The notes beneath the pieces were generated by a model. That model was not told the origin of the DNA. It made no database searches and saw nothing but the letters and a program-made list of their open reading frames with translations. A program made the position numbers and the translations under genes. Shown in pieces: positions 12,380 through 24,717 of a DNA stretch of 64,000 nucleotides (within the stretch, counting starts at the first letter, position 1; each line of letters starts with the position of its first letter). The stretch is from Eledone cirrhosa (Eukaryota), in assembly GCA_964016885.1 (NCBI GenBank), contig OZ024741.1, forward strand, positions 163,060,001 through 163,124,000, read 5' to 3'.

Positions 12380-14400
12380 TCAGTATCTATATATGAAACC
12401 TATTGGGTATGTTTGTGTTTCTCCCTTTCTCTCTCTCTCTTCCCCACCTCAAAGGTGGTCTATTTCGCGGTGACTGTCTTCTTCTATCTAACAATCTTAG
12501 TCTCTCAGAAATTGAGAGAAATAAAAAACAAATTAGGAAATTCCTCGAAGATTACTATAATCTTACCATTACTTTTGAAAATAGCACTAAAGTGTTCAAT
12601 TTCCTCGACATCACTTTTGATCTATCAACAGGCATTTACCAACCCTACCATAAACCAAACTAAAACCTGCATTATATACACTCACAATCTAACCACCCTG
12701 GTTCTATACTAAAAAATATAGTGTACAATATCTCACTCAGATTATCTAAATTATCATCTAATGAAGAAATATTCTATAAAAATGCACTTTATTATAATGA
12801 GGCTTTAGCTAGAAGTGGCTACAAGTATAAAATATTTTACATGCCTAACACAATAAATACCTCCAACATAAACAACAAACACCAAAAGAAACACCTAAAA
12901 TTTAATGCAAGCAATAAAGCAGTACCCGCATTAATATGAATGACATAAACTCTCTAAAAATCATCAATCCTAACGCTTCTGAATATACTTCTATAACCTA
13001 CCTAATAATATTACTATAAACCATACGAAAACACCTAACTCCATTAATCTTAAAAAAGCAGTTAATAATAACATCTTATATCTTAATTTTTGCAATAAAC
13101 CTAATGATATATAACCTATTTCATTGAACCTTCAACCTAACCAAACTACATCTTTACAATCCAAAAAACCAGAGAAAGATATCCGAACTACTATAAATAA
13201 CAAGAATAATACCAAAATACTAGGTCCAATCAATAAGGCTCCATTAATAAAACTCCCAATATCATCTATAAATCAAGCAAAAAACAATAAATAAAAAATC
13301 TACTAAACAATTTGTTCACACACCTAATAACAATCACAATATTATAGTATCATCTGATAACAAAATCTACCCTCAAATCTCTATACATACCCAATATAAC
13401 AATAGGAAACCAATGAGAAACCATAAAAGAAACGTAACATGATATAATGCTCCATTTAACTTGCAAACTATGGGCCAAATCCCTAAAAAATCTATAGCAA
13501 TTCTCGATAAACATTCCCCACCTAACCACAAATACCATCAAATCTTAAACAGATATACAGTAAAATTTTCTTACTCCACATCGAGCAATATACGACAAAA
13601 ATAAGTGCATATGACATCTATAAATGTAAAAAAGCTCCATGTATACCTCTAGCACACCACACACAAACTAACTATAATAATACTACAACGCATAACCAGA
13701 ATGTTATTATCTATCCACCAGTTACATCCACTCCCTCACCTCACCAACACAATACATCAACCTACAACCAACTACCATCTTCTTCATCCGTAATATGAAC
13801 TAAGAATTACATACCCAATCTGACCAATAACTTCCAAAACAACCATGATTCTATAAACACTATATCCCCTATAATTTCACCAACTAACAACCCTTCGAGC
13901 CATGACCACCCAACCGCAAAACACTTCCCTCTCATATAAAAATGTAAATACAAATACTAGCACTGTTATTGGGAATATAGGAAGCACATCTGAAACCCTA
14001 TGTACAAACGGTTGTAATTGTAGAGTAAAAAGTAATTGCCCCTTAAATGGAAATTGCTTAATTAATAATATAGTGTATAAATGTATAATTACCACTAAGG
14101 ACTCTAATCAATCCTATATTGGATCGACATCTAATCCGTTTAAATCGAGATTTTATGCACACACCCGCAGTTTTCGAAACACAAGATTAGCTAATACCAC
14201 GTCTTTAGCGGAAGCAGTTAATAATTGTAAAAAGAAGAAAATCAATTATAACCTAACTTGGAAGATTCTCAGAAAGGAGTGTGGACTGTGTTCCCATGAA
14301 ATTTTTGAAATTACTAAATCGAAAGACATTCTATTAAATAAAAGACAAGAATTAACTATCGCATGACACCATAGAATTAGAAAGATATTCAAGTATTATA
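12380..14400 (+). pseudogene. Penelope-like element RT C-terminus plus C-terminal GIY-YIG endonuclease (disrupted)
   Basis: GLFRGD (YRDD equivalent), FNFLDITFDLSTGIYQPYHKPN, SNHP, RLSKLSSNEEIF; ORF 13902-14366 has CNCRVKSNCPLNGNC-IVY..YIGST..FKSRFYAH (GIY-YIG) and CGLC..LLNKRQE. Confidence 0.9.
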
Positions 14401-14869
14401 AATACAACTAAACAAATAAAGAAAAAATATAAAAGAAAAAAAAAATATATATATATATATGTGTGCATATATTTTTTGCTATTAGAATTACTCTATAGAT
14501 TCAATCCTATATTTCATCTCTATAACTGTTTTAAATAATTAACTATTATGAGCACTATATATTACATTATATTCAACACTCGGACAAAACTTTAACAGAC
14601 ATACATTTAAACCTATTAAGAAAACCAGATTATTAATGAGATTTCTTATTCGAAAATAAAATTCCCTACAGGTAAAACCTCATTCTGACCACTCTAACAC
14701 AATACAATACTTACACACACATTTTATTATTTTCTTACCTATATATTTTTTTATCTACTTTTTTCTTTTCTTTGGTTCCATCTATATTCCTCTACTTATT
14801 CTATTTTTAGAACAAATTATTCCTCTTGAACAAAGAAATAACAAATATTTAGGATTGTTCTATACTATT

Positions 14870-17800
14870 CAACTGGATATAACACACTGATATCTGCACC
14901 CCTTTTCCTCAAGACATCCACACAACTCCAAACACCCCGACCCCACCCCACACCAGCACAAACCACCACCCCGCCAAACAACCCATCCCCACCCCCATGG
15001 AAGTTGCGCAGCCCGGACCCCGGGACGTAGAGAAGTAGGTGCCTTTTCTTTTTCCACTTTAACACCAACATGGCTGTGTTCAGAGTGGGTTGTGGGAATG
15101 TGCGTGGCCTGGGCTCACCTTGGAAGGAAGTAAAGCTTCTAAATGACCTCAGGTCGCGCAGTATAAATGTGATGGTTATTTGAGAGACTCGGATCAGCAG
15201 CGTGCGCCAGCCAGCACCCACCTTTGATGACGTTGAGATGCACGCATCTCTCTGTCAGCCCAGAGGTGGCGGTGGGGTTGTCGTACTGCTGCAAACACAT
15301 CTGGGTCTCGCCACACAGATAGTTCACTTGGACCCAGGGGGTCGACTGGTGGTGCTGCACCTTGGCAGTGGTGAAGGTGGAACCTTTAGGCTGGTAGCAG
15401 CATATGCCCCTTTTGGGACAGAGCGGCCCGACTTCTTCCAACATCTGGAGACTTTTCTAAGGAAGTCCCGTTCCCTGCTTTTAGTGGGGGACTGGAATGG
15501 TATCCTGAATGCAAGTTGGGACTATGCAGGGGCATGTCCCGATAGAGGGGGGTGTAACAGCCTCAAGGGGTTACTCGACCGATTTGACATGGCCGATAGA
15601 TTTCGACTAGATTTTCCGACTGCGCCAACCTGGACTTGGACAAATCAAGGCGGTCAATCTAGATCGTACCTAGATTGGTTCTTAGTTAGAAATAAGGATA
15701 GGGATCTTTTAAGTTGTCCAGAGATGCTCATGGTTGGCTATTCAGATCACAAATTGGTGACCTGCAAAGTCAACCTTGATAGAACGCATAGACAGGGTCC
15801 CGGTTACTGGAAGCTGAACTTGTCCTTACCGGTAAGTAAAGCTTACAGGGACCGGATTAGTAATTTAGTTAAGGAGCGGTTGACTGGAGTGATCGTCAAC
15901 AGCAGGTGGTGGGGATCTCTCAAGAGAGAGATTAGATTAGTCTCAATAGAATTTAGTAAGGTTTTAGCTGCGGATAGGAATAGGAAGGAAAATGAGCTGA
16001 CAGATAGAGTAGAAGAGGCAATTAGAAGCGGCGACGTGACCAGAGTGCTAGCGTCGAGAACTGCCTTGAGCCAGTTTTTCGACGCGAAGCACGAAGGCTG
16101 CGTTGTCCGAAGTAAAATACGTGCTTTAGGGAACAAGGAGACCAAAGCTGTTAGCTGGGCCCGCGTGACAGAAGCCATGAGTGGAATTAAATTCACTATC
16201 CGGTCTTTGCGCGACCAGGATGGACGGGTGATCCTTGAACCTAAGCAGATGTGTGAGACCTTTCAAAGACACTTTGCCCTATTGTTCGGAAGGGGCGGGG
16301 GGCCGGATGGGGATGTTGATTTCGGTCCATACCTCGACGGCCTGCGCGTCTTTCGGACGAGGAGGCAAGGTCCTACGAGAGGCCGATTTCAGCTGCTGAA
16401 ATAGGGGACGTGCTGAGCCTATGCGGCAAACGAAATCTCCACGCCTCGATGGTCTTCCTTACGAACTATATATAAATATGCGGGACTTGTTTGTTCTCCG
16501 ATCTCCTCGCGGCGGTCTACTGCAACTGGCAACAGAACGGGAAAATTCCCTATTCTGTAACCAAGGGCGTAGTCTCGCTAGTGAGGAAGGACGAGAACAA
16601 GGGAGACGATATTAGTAACTTTAGGCCCATAACTCTGCTAAATGCAGAGTTAAAGATTTTGGCCAAGGTGTTAGCGAAGAGGTTGGCGCTTGTCGTGGGT
16701 AGCCTGGTGGGAGATGCGCAGACATGCGCTATCCTGTCCAGGTCCATTCACGATAACCTCCACCTTATCCGATACATCATAGAGAGGGTTGGGAACGAAC
16801 CCGGGTTTGGTGGGGCCCTGATCAACTTGGATCAGTCTAAGGCGTTCAATAGGGTCGACCATGGTTACCTGGATGCGGTGCTAACGGCGGCTGGTTTCGG
16901 ACCCGTTTTCAGGGGCTGGATCACTGCCATGCATAGCAGCTGCATCTGTTTTAGAGTCAAGGTGAACGGCTACCTCTCGGAGCCTTTCGAAATCGCCCGG
17001 TCCATCCGACAAGGGTGCCCTCTCTCCTCCCTTCTGTATGTATTGGCTCTCGAGCCACTGCTGCGGAAGTTGCAGTTGTTGCAAGGCATCCCCTTGGAAC
17101 CGGGATTGCGCAAAGTTGTGTCGGCCTAGGCCCTTGACGTAACAGTAATGGTGTCGACCACCTCGGAAATCGGGGAGATCGGCACCTTACTGGAGGAGTA
17201 CGAAAGGCTGACAGGGGCTAAGCTGAACTGGAACAAGTCGATCGGTTTGCAACTCGGCACGTGGAGGGGCAAACCGATGCCCTCCGATGGAGTCGTCGGA
17301 CGGTGGATGGAGGGCCCGGTGAAGTTGCTCGGGGTCTGGACCGGACCTCCAGGTGGAGAAGAACTGGGGCGAGGTTTCGAACAGGGTGTCTGCACTGACC
17401 CAGAAGTGGGCCGAGTGCAAACTATCCCTGAAAGGTCGGGTGGAGGTGACGAACACTTATATAGCGTTCGTCATCTCCTATCGCCTGACCCACGTGCCTT
17501 GCCCTAGGGAAATGCTCACCAAAATGGAGCGCGCACTCTTTCAATTCCTTTGGAAGAAGCGGGCTCCTTTGGTGAGGAGATCCATCTGTTGTCAACACCC
17601 TTCGAAAGGAGGGCTGGGGCTGCCGTGGCTGCTGATGCGTAAACACGCATTACGGCTACGACATCTCCAGGTATTTCTTACTGGTCATCCGGTGTGGTCC
17701 CCGTTTGCGAGACGAGCCTTTCCGAGACTCGTCTCGCTCACCGAGCTGCAATCCTGGGTGAGGCAAAGACCGAGAAAACTGAGCGCCTGGCACACTGAGT

Positions 17801-18738
17801 GTGCCCGGGCGCTCACGGCTCTCTGAAAAGCGGACCCGGTTATCAGTGAAGACTCCACCTCGACATTCTATAGAGGGCTGGTGGCTAGCAGGTGCGACGA
17901 CGCCCTCGGAGAAGCCCTAGGCATGGAGGAAGACGAACAGGCCAGCCTGTTCGTTAGGACATTTCGCCCGGGACCTATGGACAACTTCCAGAGGTCCCTG
18001 GTCTGGCAGTGCTACCGAGGGGCTCTGCCCGTTCAAGAAAAAATCTACAGACACGGGCGCTCGGGTAGGGACTCCTCGAAAAAGATCTGTCCCAGATGCG
18101 TGCGCGACGAGTAAACCGTCACGCATGCATTGGTGCACTGCCCGGGCGTCGCCGATTTGTGGGGCTATGTCGAACAACTGCTGTCACGGGTGGGACCTAT
18201 CCGGTTGACCACCGAGTCCTTTATAACGATCAAGCCCCCCCCCCCCACCTTCAAAAACGAAGGAGAAGGCGGTGTTTCTGTGCCTAATAGCCATGGTGAA
18301 AGAGTTTGTATGGTGGACGCGTTTGAAAGGACTGAGGTCAGACACCTTCCTCTCTGGCCAACAACTGGTCCTTTTCTTCCGATATCATTTCGGAAGAAGA
18401 ATCAGGATGGAGAGAGAGGGGCTCCACCCCAGCCAGTTTTCTGAAAGGATGGTGAAAGTGGCGAGAATGGCCCGTGTGAATAGAACCTTTTCTCTATATC
18501 AGCCTGTAGGTGAAAAAGATGGAAGAACAAGGGAGCACCCTCTCTCTGTGCTCTTGAGGAGAAGGGTTGCACAATTTTTCGGGGGTGTGTGCGACCCCCC
18601 AAAACACCTTCTCCCTATTGAGGACTTTATTGTTAATCTTCTACTTGTTATTTGTTTTTTTTACTCGTACTTTTGTGTAAACTCCCCCCTTTGTATTTGT
18701 CCCCTTCTTTTGCGCCCTTGTGGCAATAAATAGAAACA
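14870..18738 (+). mobile_element. Tx1/L1-clade LINE copy A1, 5'-truncated (ORF1 tail plus disrupted ORF2)
   Basis: ORF1 end MEVAQPGPRDVEK* (stop 15036); ORF2 from ATG 15070 with APE motifs (NVRG, GDWN, SDH), RT motifs (FRPITLLN, RQGCPLS) and CPRC..H..C; AATAAA at 18725; frameshifts and stops. 5' boundary approximate. Confidence 0.93.

Positions 18739-18825
<87 letters not shown>
18739..18825 (+). repeat. (TCTA)n target/tail microsatellite between A1 and A2
   Basis: Direct reading; abuts the 3' end of A1 and the 5' end of A2. Confidence 0.98.
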
Positions 18826-19059
18826 ATAATCTAGCTGTCGTCTGTTCTACAGTGTGGATGTCATTCACTTCGCACAGAAGTTTTGTTCAAATTTATTGAG
18901 GAAATTTTGTGAGTTCAAACTTAATTTTGATACAATTGTGTAGCTTGACCCTCCGTCTGAACTGTCAGGCGGTGGGTCAGCTCATCTTTACCCCTCCTAG
19001 AGGTGAAAAACCTGTTTTAAAAAAAATTTTGTGTAAAAAATTTCAATCGTCTAACAGAA

Positions 19060-20940
19060 ATGTTAAACGCAGCGAACGAAAATAGTGGTGGGGGGACAGC
19101 GGTAAGAGTTGTAAGCTCGCACGCTTTAGTCCTTCCTTCCTTCCCAACTAACGTCATAGAGAAGGAAGGAAAAATGAAAATAAAAACGGACGAATCTGCG
19201 GAGAAAAAATTAAATGACGAAAACAACGAAAAAAAAAAATTTGAAAAATTGCATGACAATACTAATAACACAAACAAAGACACAACAAACAAAAAAATAA
19301 CAGTTGAAAATAACATCATATCAGAAAACAAAGCAGACGACAGGATTTCATTTGCACAGAAAACAAAGAAATCTTTGACTTATATAGCGGAAAACATTTC
19401 AGATGTGGTACGAAGGATCACGGACGCAAAACAATACATAAGTGAAGGTGAGAATGGTATTTTATTGGTAAAAATGCCTCAAGAATTCACGAAAGACATT
19501 GAAAGCCGAACGGTCAAGTTTCGGACCATCAACAACAGTACAAAAAAACCTGAACAGCCTTCTCAAGCAGATATCAAAACAGTACTCGCAGAAGTACTGA
19601 ATGAAACAACTTTCATAAGAAAAGACAGACTGTATGGAAGCCTAGCAATTATCATGAAGAACGAATCGGCGGCAAAAAAATGTGCTTTGTCACCGATTCG
19701 TTCGAAAAATTTCACCTTTTATCCATCTTATATGGGAAAAAAAACTCAACGCATATGGCTGGATGCAATGATGCCAGATGTGGACTACTGCTGGCTCATA
19801 GCTGGCTTCATCGATCCAGTGAATGACAACGTGATTTCCATTGGGAAAACCACAGGCAATGCGTTCAGTGGAACAGGTATAGAGCTGGTAGTACAAATTA
19901 AGCCTGAACGCATCGCCCAAATACCCGACAGAATCCTATTAGAGGACCACGGGTATATAAACATTAGCGTGGAGGGGAGAAGGCCGTCCTGCCATATCTG
20001 TGCAGGCAGAGGGCACCTGAAGGCCGCTTGTCCCCAACTCAACAAAAAGAAAACCCTGCTACCAACACCAGCTCCACCACCACCACCACCACAACAGATA
20101 AACAAACAACAAAACTCAGTCCCACCCAACCCGTCCCTCAGTAACACCACAACACCACCACAACACAAACAGTCACAACACATTACCCCAAAACAAAATA
20201 CAGGCCCACCCAACCTCTCACTCAATAAAACAACACAACCACCGCAGACACAACACACAACACAGTCTAACATAGTGACATCCATCTCCCCCACAAAGAA
20301 AACCAACACGGAAACATTACCAGCAAACATACCTCTTCCCTCCAACACTGAAGATAACCCAACGAATTCGGAGGAAGAAACGGAGTCCTTCAGACAGATT
20401 AAAAGGAAAAAAAGAAAACATGTGCAAAACACACAAGGACAAACAACCCCCACCCAAATCGCAACACAATCTAACAAAACAGAAAACACCCCTCCAGCAA
20501 CAAACAAAACCAAACCTGCCCCTCCCCTCTTCGAAACACTCACACCATCGGAAAAAAAGACATTACACTATACTTACATCAACAGAAACAATAATAAATT
20601 AAATGAACTCATATACAATAATCCTTCGGTACAAACCGAAGGTGTAAACTTTGTTTCATCAGAAAACCACCCACATTTAAAACTAATAAAAATCCCAATG
20701 AACCTCTACCAAAAACTAAAAAAGGATTTTAAGGAGGACGTAGGACCACCCTCTGTCAAACCCATAAACCGCGTCCTACTAAAAAGCTTTCCCCCTCCCC
20801 TTCCCCTCCCCAACACAACTCCAAACACCCCAACCCCACCACACACCGACGACCCCACACCACCACAAGACACCCCTTCACCCAACACCCCCGACCCCAT
20901 GGAAGTCGTGCAACCCGAACCCCGGGAAGCGGAAAGGTAG
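19060..20940 (+). CDS. Tx1 ORF1 (gag-like nucleic-acid-binding protein with CCHC zinc knuckle), 626 aa
   Basis: Open frame; VEGRRPSCHICAGRGHLKAAC (CX2CX4HX4C); Pro/Thr/Asn-rich linker; homologous decayed ORF1s in the other copies. Confidence 0.9.
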   Translation: MLNAANENSGGGTAVRVVSSHALVLPSFPTNVIEKEGKMKIKTDESAEKKLNDENNEKKKFEKLHDNTNNTNKDTTNKKITVENNIISENKADDRISFAQKTKKSLTYIAENISDVVRRITDAKQYISEGENGILLVKMPQEFTKDIESRTVKFRTINNSTKKPEQPSQADIKTVLAEVLNETTFIRKDRLYGSLAIIMKNESAAKKCALSPIRSKNFTFYPSYMGKKTQRIWLDAMMPDVDYCWLIAGFIDPVNDNVISIGKTTGNAFSGTGIELVVQIKPERIAQIPDRILLEDHGYINISVEGRRPSCHICAGRGHLKAACPQLNKKKTLLPTPAPPPPPPQQINKQQNSVPPNPSLSNTTTPPQHKQSQHITPKQNTGPPNLSLNKTTQPPQTQHTTQSNIVTSISPTKKTNTETLPANIPLPSNTEDNPTNSEEETESFRQIKRKKRKHVQNTQGQTTPTQIATQSNKTENTPPATNKTKPAPPLFETLTPSEKKTLHYTYINRNNNKLNELIYNNPSVQTEGVNFVSSENHPHLKLIKIPMNLYQKLKKDFKEDVGPPSVKPINRVLLKSFPPPLPLPNTTPNTPTPPHTDDPTPPQDTPSPNTPDPMEVVQPEPREAER

Positions 20941-20942
20941 GT
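20937..20942 (+). promoter_or_regulatory. Putative 5' splice donor overlapping the ORF1 stop (AG|GTAGGT)
   Basis: Equivalent GTRRGT at 15035, 26831, 46923 and 52791 in all other copies. Confidence 0.6.
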
Positions 20943-20973
20943 CTCTACACTCTCCTTTGGCTCTGCCGCCCAC

Positions 20974-23900
20974 ATGGATGTGTTAAGAGTAGGATGTTTG
21001 AATGCACGTGGCCTGGGCTCAACTTGGAAGCAAGCAAAGCTTCTAAATGACCTCAGGTCATGTAGTATAAATGTAATGGTTATCTGTGAGACTCGAATCA
21101 GCGTCATGCGGCAGCTGGCCCCCACCTTCGATGACTTTGAGGTGCATGCATCTCTCTGTCAACCTGGAGGTGGGAGTGGGGTTGTCGTGCTGCTGCAAAA
21201 ACACCTGGGTCTTGCCGTACAGGTTGTGCACTCGGACCCGGAGGGTCGTTTGTTGGTGCTAGACGTTGGCAGTAGTGAAAGTGCGGCCTTGAGACTGGTC
21301 GCCGTCTACTCCCCTTTCGGAGCTGAACGGCCCGACTTCTTCCAGCGTTTGGAGACTTTTCTGGGAACGTCGCGTTCCCTGCTTCTAGCGGGGGATTGGA
21401 ATGACATCCTAGATGCACGTTGGGACTATGCAGGAGCATGTCCTAATAGAGGGGGGTGTAACAGCCTCAAGGGGTTACTCGACCGTTTTAACTTGGTCGA
21501 TAGATATCGACTAGATTTTCCAACTGTGCCTACCTGGACTTGGAGAAACCACAGTGGTCAATCTAGATCGTACTTAGATAGATTCTTAGTTAGAAGTAAG
21601 GATAGGGACATATTAAGCTGTCCAGAAATGCGCACGGTTGGCTACACGGATCACAAATTAGTGACCTGCGTGGTCAATCTCGAGAAAACACATAGACAGG
21701 GTCCCGGTTACTGGAAACTTAATTTGTCTTTACCGGCAAAAGAGACTTACAGAAACCGGATTAGCAGATTAGTTAAGGAGAGGTTGACGGGTGCAATCGT
21801 CAACAACCGATGGTGGGCATCTCTCAAAAGAGAGATTAGAACAGAATCAATAAGTTATAGCAAGATGTTAGCTGCCAATAGGAATAGAAACGAGAAAGAA
21901 TTAACAGGTAAATTAGAAGAGGCAATCAAGAGCGAAGATGTGGCCAGAGTGCTGGCATCGAGGACGGCCTTGAACCAGTTTTTCGATGCAAAGCATGAAG
22001 GCTGCGTCATTCGAAGTAAAATACGTGCTCTAGGTAATGAGGGGGCCAAAGCCGTTGGATGGGCCCGCGTGACAGAAGCTAAAAGTGGAAATCGATCCAC
22101 CATCCGGTCGTTGCAAGACGAAGATGGACGAGTGATCCGGGAGCCTAAGCAGATGTGCGAGGCCTTTCAAAAGCACTTTGCCCGATTGTTCGGGGGAGGC
22201 GAGGGTCCGGGCCGGGGCGTGGATTTCGGTCCATACCTCGACGGCCTGCCGCGTCTCTCGAACAAAGAGGCAGAGTCCTGCGAGGGACCAATCTCGGCTG
22301 ATGAGATCGGAGATGCGCTGAACCAATGCAGCAGACGCAAATCTCCAGGTCTCGATGGTATACCTTACGAACTTTATTTAGCAATGCCGGTCTTCTTCTC
22401 CGAACTCCTCGAAGCGGTCTACTGCAATTGGCAGCAGAACGGGAGAATTCCTTGTTCTGTAGCCAAGGGCGTAGTCACGCTGGTGAGGAAGGACGAGAAA
22501 AAGGGGGATAGTATAAATAATTTTCGGCCCATAACCCTGCTAAACACAGAGTTAAAGATTTTGGCCAAGGTGTTAGCAAAGAGGTTGGCGCTTGTCGTGG
22601 GTGGCCTGGTGGGAGATGCGCAGACATGTGCTATCCCATCCAGGTCCATTCACGATAACCTCCACCTCATGTGATACATCATAGAGAGGGTTGGCAACAA
22701 ACCCGGCTTCGGTGGGGCCCTGATCAACTTGGATCAGTCTAAGGCCTTCGATAGGGTCGACCATGGTTACCTGGATGCGGTGCTAGCGGCGGCTGGGTTC
22801 GGTCCTGTTTTCAGAGGCTGGATCACTGCCCTACATAGCAACCACATCTGTTCTAGGATCAAGGTGAACGGCTACCTTTCGAAGCCGTTCGAAATCACAC
22901 GATCCATTCGACAGGGGTGCCCTCTCTCCTCCCTTCTGTACGTATTGACTCTCGAGCCTTTACTGAGGAAGTTGGAGTTGTTGCAGGGTATCCCCCTGGA
23001 ACCAGGATTGAGCAAAGCGGTGTCGGCCTACGCCGATGACGTAACAGTAATGGTATCAACCGACTCGGAGATCGAGGCGATCGGTACCTTACTGGAGGAG
23101 TACGAAAGGTTGTCAGGAGCGAAACTGAACCGGGAAAAATCCATCGGGCTGCAACTCGGAACGTGGAGAGGCAAACCGATGCCTCCTGACGGTGTCGTCG
23201 GACACTGGACGGAGGGCCCGGTAAAGTTGCTTGGGGTCTGGTTTGGACCGGACCTCCAGGTGGAAAAGAACTGGAACGAGGTTACGAACAAGGTGTTTGC
23301 ACTAACCCAGAAATGGGCCAAGTGTAAGCTGTCCCTAAAAGGCCGGGCGGAGGTGGCGAACATTTACATAGCGTCCGTCACTTACTACCGCCTGACTGTC
23401 GTGCCTTGCCCTAAGGAAACACTCACCACCATGGAACGCATGCTCTTCCAATTTCTTTGGAAGAAGCGTCCACCTATGGTGAGAAGATCCATCTGCTGCC
23501 AACAACCTTCGAAAGGAGGGCTGGGGATGCCGTGGTTGATGATGCGTAGGCACGCATTAAGGCTACGGCACCTACAGGTATTCCTCACTGGTCAACCGGT
23601 GTGGGCTCCGTTCGTGAAACGAGCCTTTCCGAGACTCGTCTCACTCACCGAGCTACAGTCCTGGGTCAAGCAAAGATCCGGAAAACTGGGAGACTGGCAC
23701 ACTGAGTGTGCTCAGGCGCTCAGGGCTCTCTGGCAAGCGGGCCGGGCCATCGGTGGAGAATCCACCTCATCATTCTATAGAGGGCTGGTGGCTAGCAGGG
23801 GCGATGACACCCTTGGAGAGTCGCTGGACATGGAAGAAGACGAACTGGCCAGCCTGTTCGGTAGGACTTTCGGCCCAGGACCAATGGACAACTTCCAGAA

Positions 23901-24411
23901 GTCACTGGCCTGGCAGTGCTACCGAGGGGCTCTACCCGTTCGAGAGAGGCTCTACAGACACGGGCGCCCGGGCAGGGATCCCTCAAAAAAGATTTGCCCT
24001 AGATGCGTGCGTCACGAAGAAACCGTAGCGCACGCATTGGTGCAATGTCCGGGCGTGGCTGATCTGTGGGGCTACGCCGAACAACTGCTGTCGCGGGTGG
24101 CGCCGATTAAATTGACCGCCGAGTCCGTGATGACAATCAAACCGCCTCCCCTCTTCACAAAGGAAGCAAAGGCGGTTTTTCTGTGCGTAATAGCCATGTT
24201 GAAAGAGGTTGTTTGGTGGACACGATTGAAAGGTCTGAGGTCAGGCAACTTCCTCTCTGGCCATAGTCTGGTCTACTTCTTCCGATATCACTTCGGAAGA
24301 AGGATAAGAATGGAGAGAGAGGTGCTTGGCCACAGGCAGTTTTATGAAAGGTGGGTGATAGTGGCGAGAATGGCTCGTGTAAATGGGCCTTCTCTGTATA
24401 CCATCCTGTAG
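20974..24411 (+). pseudogene. Tx1 ORF2 (APE endonuclease, RT, zinc finger), ~1145 codons with one premature TGA at 22672
   Basis: Track ORFs 20974-22674 and 22729-24411 are in the same frame; NARG, GDWN, TDH, RQGCPLS, YADD, CPRC..H..C; sister copies have CGA (Arg) at the TGA position. Confidence 0.95.
24385..24411 (+). promoter_or_regulatory. Putative 3' splice acceptor coinciding with the ORF2 stop (CCTTCTCTGTATACCATCCTGTAG|G)
   Basis: AG-free pyrimidine-rich run ending in TAG; CCTGTAG also ends at 18509 and 50334. Confidence 0.5.
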
Positions 24412-24625
24412 GTAAAGAAGTAAAGGAGAGGGGAGCACCTTCTCCATGTGCTCCCCGGGCAAAGGATTGCACACTTCTTCGGGGGTGTGTGCAACCCCCA
24501 TCACGTCCCCTCCCTTTTGAGGTTATTTTCGATTATTTTCATGTTACACCCTTTTTACTCGATTATATGTAAACTCCCCCTTTGTATTTGTCCCTTCTTT
24601 TTATGCCTTTATGGTAAATAAAGAA

Positions 24626-24717
<92 letters not shown>
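24626..24717 (+). repeat. (TCTA)n microsatellite between A2 and A3
   Basis: Direct reading. Confidence 0.98.

Larger units (their letters stand above)
18830..24625 (+). mobile_element. Tx1/L1-clade LINE copy A2, full-length, nearly intact
   Basis: 5'UTR, intact ORF1, ORF2 with a single in-frame stop, 3'UTR with AATAAA at 24617; (TCTA)n on both sides. Confidence 0.96.

Noticed and set aside
19785-20543. 252-aa antisense ORF in Tx1 ORF1, and many antisense ORFs over ORF2
   Set aside because: Shadow frames from A/C-rich or GC-rich coding strands; similar antisense ORFs recur only because the sense protein is conserved; no recognisable domain.
22672-22674. In-frame TGA as selenocysteine or programmed readthrough
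   Set aside because: It aligns to Arg (CGA) in sister copies and is unique to this copy; a simple CpG transition is the parsimonious explanation.
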